The position numbers and the translations under genes are program-made. A stretch of DNA of 63,674 nucleotides, the filler included. It is 7 parts of 7 records of this genome, joined end to end, with 100 filler letters (N's around TTAATTAATTAA, not from the genome) between each part and the next. Parts side by side here need not be neighbours in the genome. Positions count along the whole stretch, not along the records: positions 57,852 to 63,674 come from SRR20825010_612; 6 more parts are not named here. One strand, 5' to 3'. Below are positions 57,752 through 63,674 of this stretch, piece after piece (position 1 is the stretch's first letter; every line of letters starts with the position of its first letter). The notes under the pieces were generated by a model that worked only from the letters and a program-made list of their open reading frames with translations, had not been told where the DNA came from and searched no databases.

Positions 57752-57851
57752 NNNNNNNNNNNNNNNNNNNNNNNNNNNNNNNNNNNNNNNNNNNNTTAAT
57801 TAATTAANNNNNNNNNNNNNNNNNNNNNNNNNNNNNNNNNNNNNNNNNNNN
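57752..57851. other. Artificial contig spacer
   Basis: N44-TTAATTAATTAA-N44. Confidence 0.98.
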
Positions 57852-59126
57852 ACCCAAGGCAACGGTCAATGACATGAGGCCCGCAACAGCCAGACCGACT
57901 GCGGCGAAGAAGATGCCAATGGACAGCCCGGCCTTGGTTCGCTGGATGACCTCTGTCTGGCGACCCTCGATGGGCAGGACACCCAGCCAATCAGTCGCCG
58001 CCGAGAGCCGCTGTGGCGTGCCCAGCAGCAACAGGACATCGCCCGCCCGGATCGTCAGCAGGCGAACACGGTCGCGAAACCGCTGCCCGCCACGAGAGAC
58101 CCCAAGCAGGGTTACCGAATGGCGGTTGAGCAATTGCAGGCTGCGGGCTGTTCTGCCTTCGATGCGCGCGCCATCGGGAACGATGGCTTCGGCCAGCGAC
58201 AGACCGGGGGCGGTGACGCCGCCTTCGTGCTTTTCGGAACCGGCAAATTCAAGCCCGGATTTCCCGGTAAAAGACTCGATTGCCTTGGGGTCCCCTTCGA
58301 CAACAAGGAAATCCCCCGCACGCAATGTTTCATGCATGCTCAGCCCCGGCCGCCGCTTGCCATTGCGAATGAGGCCCAGCAAGTGGACATCCGCAGCGTC
58401 CGCATTGGGGTACAGATCCCGGAGGATGATGTCGTCGGTCGAGGACTGCTCACCCACCCGGAGTTCAGCCACATAGCGGCCTTGGCGGATGTCTTTTTCA
58501 AACTCTGCAATTGACCCGTGTGATGGCAGCAGGCGCCAGCCGATGACGGACACAAAGGTGATCCCGACAATGGCAACTGCCAGACCGACAGGGGCAAAGT
58601 CGAACATCGCAAAGGGCGCGCCAACGGTGTCGTGTCGATAGGCGGAAATCACGATGTTCGGCGGTGTGCCGATCAAAGTGATCATCCCGCCGAGAATCGT
58701 GGCAAAGGACAGGGGCATCAGGCTTTGGCTTGGCGGGCGCTTTGCCTTATTCGCTGCCTCGATGTCCAACGGCATCAGAAGGGCCAGCGCGGCAACATTG
58801 TTGATGATTGCGGAAAGGCCCGCGCCCATCGCGGCGATGATAGCGATATGCAGGGGCAGGGGGCGTTCGGGGTCGACCAGTTTCGTTGCAACCAATTCCA
58901 CCGCGCCGGATGAGGACAGGCCGCGGCTGACAATCAGGACCAGGGCAATGATCGCAACCGCCGAATGGCCAAAGCCGGAAAACACCTCTTCGGTCGGGAT
59001 CAGCCCAAGCGATGCGGCGACGATCAGAGCGCCGAATGCCACAAGGTCATAGCGAAACTTGCCCCAGACAAGCAGCACGACGACGGATACGAGAAGGATG
59101 AATATCTGGGTCTGATCACTGGGCAT
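57852..59126 (-). CDS. SLC13/CitM-family permease with TrkA-C domains; 3' end truncated
   Basis: SAIINN, LGGMITLIGTPPN and two TrkA-C repeats (L.AGD.L). Confidence 0.9.
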
Positions 59127-59467
59127 GAGGTTGAACCTAGCACAAAGAAATGGGCGTCGGCATCAAGTGTCACGCGAAGATCAGGAATGTCCATGTCCCA
59201 AAATACAGACGCCCGGTTTCGGGCATCGCCGCACGGCCGCGGCTGCCGGTCAGGTCCGATCCACCGTGATCAAGATCTGTCCTGTCTGGTTAACTGACGG
59301 GGACGGGTCCGAAGGCGGTCTTGAATTGAGGTCAAAAGCGGGTCAAATGAGACACCCGACCACGTCACTTGGGTCTGCAACGGCACTGAGCCGGGACGAT
59401 GTGATCTGTTTCGGGGCCGCGCAACGCCATTGAATTTTGGTCAACCCCTACAGAAAGTGCGCCTGCC

Positions 59468-60484
59468 TTGGATGACAAAGCCCTTACCCTCCGCGAGACC
59501 TTGCTGAACGCCTGTCGCTCTGACGGTTTGGACCCCGACCTTCTCCCATTGCTTGAAGACATCGCCACCTCCTGCCGGGTGGTGTCACATCTGGTGCAAA
59601 GCGGGGCATTCACGGGCAGCCTTGGCGCGGCGGGATCGACAAACGTACAGGGCGAGGCGCAGCAACAGCTGGACGTCTTGGCGAACGACGTCTTTGTGCG
59701 TCACTGCTCCAGCAGCGACCGCGTTGCGGCGTTGGTGTCCGAAGAGGTCGAAGAGGTCTACTGGCTCAAGGACAATCCGGGGCCGGGCGATTACATCGTC
59801 TATTTCGATCCGCTCGACGGGTCGTCGAACCTTGCGATCAACATGTGTGTGGGGTCGATTTTTTCGGTGGTGCGTCTGGATCGTGAGATCGACGCCAGCG
59901 ACGACAGGTCGGTGCTGCTGCCGGGTTCGAGCCAGATTTGCGCCGGATATTCGGTCTACGGCCCGTCAACATCCTTTGTCCTGACCACCGGAAACGGGGT
60001 GACGGGGTTCACCCACCAGCCGGGCACCGGCGAATTCCGGGTGACGCACCCGGACATGAAGATCGACGATACCGCCAGCGAATTTGCGGTTAACGCGTCG
60101 CGATACGCAATGTGGGACGCACCGTTGCGGCGCTATTTCGACGAATGCCTGGCAGGACAAAGCGGGCCGCGCGGTCAGCGCTACAACATGCGCTGGGTCG
60201 CCTCGATGGTGTCCGAAGTGCACCGAATTCTGACCCGAGGCGGGGTGTTCATCTATCCCTGCGACGAGGGCAATCGGGAACAGGGTGGTAAGTTGCGCCT
60301 GATGTATGAGGCCAATCCGATGAGTTTCATCATCGAACAGGCGGGTGGCCGCGCGTCTACCGGATTGGAACGTATTCTGGACGTTGTGCCCACGTCACAC
60401 CATCAACGGGTTGCGGTTTTTCTGGGGTCGAAATCCGAGGTTGATGTGCTGGAGCAGTATCACCGCGAGGCGCAGCAGGGCTGA
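59468..60484 (+). CDS. fbp: Class 1 fructose-1,6-bisphosphatase (CbbF-like)
   Basis: NVQGE, SEE, FDPLDGSSN, MRWVASMV and GKLRLMYEANP; TTG start. Confidence 0.93.
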   Translation: MDDKALTLRETLLNACRSDGLDPDLLPLLEDIATSCRVVSHLVQSGAFTGSLGAAGSTNVQGEAQQQLDVLANDVFVRHCSSSDRVAALVSEEVEEVYWLKDNPGPGDYIVYFDPLDGSSNLAINMCVGSIFSVVRLDREIDASDDRSVLLPGSSQICAGYSVYGPSTSFVLTTGNGVTGFTHQPGTGEFRVTHPDMKIDDTASEFAVNASRYAMWDAPLRRYFDECLAGQSGPRGQRYNMRWVASMVSEVHRILTRGGVFIYPCDEGNREQGGKLRLMYEANPMSFIIEQAGGRASTGLERILDVVPTSHHQRVAVFLGSKSEVDVLEQYHREAQQG

Positions 60485-60492
60485 CGCCGGGG

Positions 60493-60521
60493 CCTGTGGT
60501 GGCGGAGGCCGCCACCACAGG
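60493..60521. terminator. 13-bp hairpin between the convergent fbp and tal genes
   Basis: CCTGTGGTGGCGG-AGG-CCGCCACCACAGG; there is no U-tract, so function is uncertain. Confidence 0.45.
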
Positions 60522-60531
60522 GGGCTAGATG

Positions 60532-61479
60532 TCAGGCCGCCATGCGTTCTGCAATCAGGGCGATCAGCGTGTTGTGATCCTTGTCGAAATTGCGAATGCC
60601 TTCGGCCAGCTTTTCGGTCGCCATGGCATCGGCGTTCATGTCCCAGCGGAACTGCGCCTCATCCATCTTGATCGCGGCCACGCCGGTGGCACCCTCGGGT
60701 GACAAGACGCGGGGCAGGTCCGATGTATCGGCCTCAAGGGCATCCAGCAGCTTGGGCGCGATGGTCAGGTTATCGCATCCCGCCAGCGCCTTGATCTGGT
60801 CGGTGTTGCGAAAGGATGCGCCCATGACAACGGTCTTGATGCCGTTGGATTTATAGTAGTCATAGATGCCGCGCACGGATTTGACGCCGGGATCTTCGTC
60901 CGGGGCATAGCTGTCACGCCCTTCGGCCTTTTTGTACCAATCGGTGATCCGGCCCACAAAAGGCGAAATCAGAAAGGCACCGGCATCGGCACAGGCGACG
61001 GCCTGCGCCATCGAGAACAGCAGCGTCAGGTTGCAGTCGATGCCTTCGTCCTGAAGTATCTCGGCGGCGCGGATGCCTTCCCATGTCGAGGCCAGCTTGA
61101 TCAGGATGCGGTCCTTATCGACGCCGCGGGCGGCATAGTCCGCGACGATGTCGCGCGCGCGCGCCACCGACGCGTGAGTGTCAAAGGACATGCGGGCATC
61201 GACCTCTGTCGAGACGCGTCCCGGCACCAGTTCGGTCAGTTTTGCGCCAATCGCAACCGTCAGCGTGTCGGCCACGGCCTTGGCGTCTAGCCCCTTGTCG
61301 CGCCCGGCAGCAATCTCGGCCGAGACCAGCGCCTCGGAGGCGGGGTCTTTCATTGCCGCCAGCACCAGGGACGGGTTGGTCGTGCAGTCCACGGGTTGAT
61401 ATGTCTTGACCGCCGCGACCTCGCCGGTGTCGGCGACCACGGTGGTCATCTCGCGCAGTTGATCCAATACGGTTGTCAT
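60532..61479 (-). CDS. tal: Transaldolase
   Basis: [37 protein letters not shown] and MGASFR. Confidence 0.95.
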   Translation of the reverse strand: MTTVLDQLREMTTVVADTGEVAAVKTYQPVDCTTNPSLVLAAMKDPASEALVSAEIAAGRDKGLDAKAVADTLTVAIGAKLTELVPGRVSTEVDARMSFDTHASVARARDIVADYAARGVDKDRILIKLASTWEGIRAAEILQDEGIDCNLTLLFSMAQAVACADAGAFLISPFVGRITDWYKKAEGRDSYAPDEDPGVKSVRGIYDYYKSNGIKTVVMGASFRNTDQIKALAGCDNLTIAPKLLDALEADTSDLPRVLSPEGATGVAAIKMDEAQFRWDMNADAMATEKLAEGIRNFDKDHNTLIALIAERMAA

Positions 61480-61597
61480 GGTGTCTTGCCCCTTGCTGAC
61501 ATCGCCGCACTTTGGCGCCGGCGATGTTAGCGCCCTAATTGATACGGGATATAGGGTAAAGCGCGTTGCAGGGACCGGCAAGCATCCGTGACCGGCG

Positions 61598-62344
61598 TCA
61601 GAGGATCTGGCTTAGAAATTCCTTGGTGCGCGGATCCTTGGCATTGTCAAAGAAGGTCGTCGGCGGACCGTGTTCGACAATCACACCCTTGTCGGTGAAA
61701 TAGATGTGATCGGCCACCTCACGCGCAAATCCCATTTCGTGGGTCACAAGGATACAGGTCATCCCTTCGGCGGCCAGATCCTTGATCGTGACCAGAACCT
61801 CTTTCACCGTCTCGGGGTCCAGCGCCGCGGTGACCTCATCAAACAGCATGACATCGGGATTCATCGCCAGCGACCGCGCGATGGCGACACGCTGTTGCTG
61901 TCCACCGGACAGTTCTCCCGGATAGCTGTCTTCTTTGCCCTCCAGCCGGACCTTTTTCAGCAAGGATCGGGCGCGTTCGGCCACTTTGGCCTTGTCCTCT
62001 TTCAACACTTTGACAGGGGCCATCATGATATTTTCCAGCGCGGTCTTGTGCGGAAACAGATTGTACTGCTGAAACACCATGCCGACCTTTCTGCGCAGGG
62101 CCAGCTTGTCCAGCTTGTGGTCGTGCACCTCCTGCCCCTCAACAGTGATCGACCCACCCTGAATGTCGTTCAACGCGTTGATACATCTGATGAGCGTGGA
62201 TTTTCCGGACCCGGAAGGGCCGATGATGCAGATCACCTCGCCCTTCATGATGTCCATGGAAATGCCCTTGAGAACCTTCAGGGTGCCAAAGCTTTTTTCG
62301 ACGTCGCGAATGGAAACAATGGGTTGGTCGGGTGTCCAGGTCAT
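61598..62344 (-). CDS. Polar amino-acid ABC transporter ATPase
   Basis: [20 protein letters not shown] and VTHEMGFA. Confidence 0.94.
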   Translation of the reverse strand: MTWTPDQPIVSIRDVEKSFGTLKVLKGISMDIMKGEVICIIGPSGSGKSTLIRCINALNDIQGGSITVEGQEVHDHKLDKLALRRKVGMVFQQYNLFPHKTALENIMMAPVKVLKEDKAKVAERARSLLKKVRLEGKEDSYPGELSGGQQQRVAIARSLAMNPDVMLFDEVTAALDPETVKEVLVTIKDLAAEGMTCILVTHEMGFAREVADHIYFTDKGVIVEHGPPTTFFDNAKDPRTKEFLSQIL

Positions 62345-62356
62345 GTTCGGCCTCAC

Positions 62357-63250
62357 TCAGAGTTTCACGGCAAACCTGCGTTCCAGACGGACCGTCAGAC
62401 GGGCGATCGGATAGCAGTATGCAAAAAAGATCAGCAGCACGAACCCGTAGAACGGGATCAGCAGTTCGGGGCGGTTGTTTTCGGCCTCGATGGCTTGGCG
62501 GGTCAGGTTCAGGATTTCCTCAACCCCCAGGATTGAGACAATGGGCGTGGCCATGGTCAGGATCGCGTACCAGTTCATCCAAGGCGGGATCATGCGTTTG
62601 ATGCACTGCGGCAGGATGATCTGGTACAGGGTCTGGCGGCGGGTGAATGCCAGACTTTCGGACGCTTCCCATTGCGCCGACGGCACAGACCCGATAGCCC
62701 CGCGCACGATTTCCGAGATGTTGGCCATGACTGGCAGGGCCAGACCGATGACCGCCTTGCTCCAGTCCGGGACCGGGATGGTCAGGCCAAACACCTCTAT
62801 CCGGAACGGAAAGCTGAGCATCACGATAAACAGCAGAACCAGCCAGGGCGAATTGCGAAAGATCTGGGTGATCCAGTAGGACGCCGAACGGATCACCCTG
62901 TTCGGGTTGACCTGACCAATCCCCAGTATGACCCCGAGGACGGTGCCCAGCAGCATCGTGAAAACTGAAATCAGCACGGTGTAGACAAATCCCTTGGTCA
63001 CAAGGAACGGAATCCAGCGCAAGAGGACCGTGAAAGGGCTGTCCTTGGTCGTCGCGCCGTCCTGTGCCAGCGCAAGCGACGGCAACAGCATGGCCACAAG
63101 CACCAGCACAAAAGGTGCCCAAGGCGGGATCGACGCCAGCCAATGGCTGAAATTCATCACGCCTGCATGATGTCTTGGGGCAGGGGGCGGCAACAGGACG
63201 GGCAGATCGGTGGTCGCGGCAGTGGAAATCCCGGGGATATGGCGTTTCAT
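62357..63250 (-). CDS. Amino-acid ABC transporter permease
   Basis: FRNSPWLV and SEIVRGAI...QWEASESL (EAA loop); start uncertain. Confidence 0.9.
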   Translation of the reverse strand: MKRHIPGISTAATTDLPVLLPPPAPRHHAGVMNFSHWLASIPPWAPFVLVLVAMLLPSLALAQDGATTKDSPFTVLLRWIPFLVTKGFVYTVLISVFTMLLGTVLGVILGIGQVNPNRVIRSASYWITQIFRNSPWLVLLFIVMLSFPFRIEVFGLTIPVPDWSKAVIGLALPVMANISEIVRGAIGSVPSAQWEASESLAFTRRQTLYQIILPQCIKRMIPPWMNWYAILTMATPIVSILGVEEILNLTRQAIEAENNRPELLIPFYGFVLLIFFAYCYPIARLTVRLERRFAVKL

Positions 63251-63254
63251 GGCA

Positions 63255-63674
63255 TCACACTCCATATCCGGGGATGCGCATGGACCGCTCCCATGAATTC
63301 ATGCCCAGAACCAGAACACCGACCAGCGAAAGATAGGCCACGAACAGGACCAGCATCATGGGGTTCTGCGCGGACGGAAAGTCGTTCCAGATCGTGACGG
63401 ATTCATACAGCAATTCGGGCACCGCGATGACAAAGGCCTGCGTGGTCGTCTTGACCAGATTGACCAGATTGTTGTTCAGCGCGGGGATCGACACCCGCAG
63501 CGCCAGCGGCAGCACGATATAGCCAAAGGTCTGCATCCGGGTGAACCCCAGTGCCTCGCTGGCTTCCTGCGTCGAATCCGGCACCGCCTCGACACCGGCG
63601 CGAAAGATCTCGACGTTGAAGGCACCGGCAAAGAACGACAGCGAAATGATCGCCCAGCCGACGTTTGAGATGAT
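63255..63674 (-). CDS. Amino-acid ABC transporter permease; 5' end beyond the window
   Basis: AFNVEIFRAGVEAVP...EASEALG and NLVNLVKTT; frame open to the window end. Confidence 0.9.
   Translation of the reverse strand: MISNVGWAIISLSFFAGAFNVEIFRAGVEAVPDSTQEASEALGFTRMQTFGYIVLPLALRVSIPALNNNLVNLVKTTTQAFVIAVPELLYESVTIWNDFPSAQNPMMLVLFVAYLSLVGVLVLGMNSWERSMRIPGYGV

Noticed and set aside
59321-59444. FNR/FixK boxes
   Set aside because: The spacing is TTGA-N7-TCAA, not the required TTGA-N6-TCAA.

Overview
This window is not one genome. It is seven unrelated contigs joined by six identical artificial 100-nt spacers (N44-TTAATTAATTAA-N44), so gene neighbourhoods mean nothing across a spacer. Taxonomic labels are inferred from base composition and protein families. 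(1) 1-4270, AT-rich, Flavobacteriaceae-like: tRNA-Ala, hydrolase, AddB-like nuclease, OmpA. (2) 4371-9375, alphaproteobacterial: chaC, DUF2125, chorismate mutase-hisC-tyrA, metX. (3) 9476-37669, alphaproteobacterial (Kordiimonas-like): two TonB/ExbD modules, sensor kinases, detoxification divergons, and an ECF sigma-FecR-TonB-dependent receptor-hydrolase locus beside tRNA-Leu. (4) 37770-44367, alphaproteobacterial: purH, two MFS transporters, GT87, ychJ, partial tRNA-Gly. (5) 44468-50748, Rhizobiales-like: azlCD, aminopeptidase P, prmA, SCO. (6) 50849-57751, gammaproteobacterial (Alcanivorax-like): copper-resistance cluster. (7) 57852-63674, Rhodobacteraceae-like: SLC13 permease, fbp, tal, amino-acid ABC transporter. 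The top candidate is a TonB-dependent transducer with a second complete Shine-Dalgarno, ATG and signal peptide placed in frame after its signalling domain. It sits in a locus where a near-identical promoter motif precedes both the sigma gene and the receptor, and it is co-oriented with two secreted hydrolases. Other strong observations: a CutF/CopL-like RPP leader peptide whose 3' end pairs with the copA ribosome-binding site; a duplicated tonB-exbD preceded by Zur-type boxes; a WYL/DriD-style palindrome before a 48-aa membrane microprotein; CtrA boxes before sensor kinases; two small genes missed by the ORF track; and a structured element bounded by heptamer repeats. No CRISPR array, rRNA, integrase or transposase was seen.
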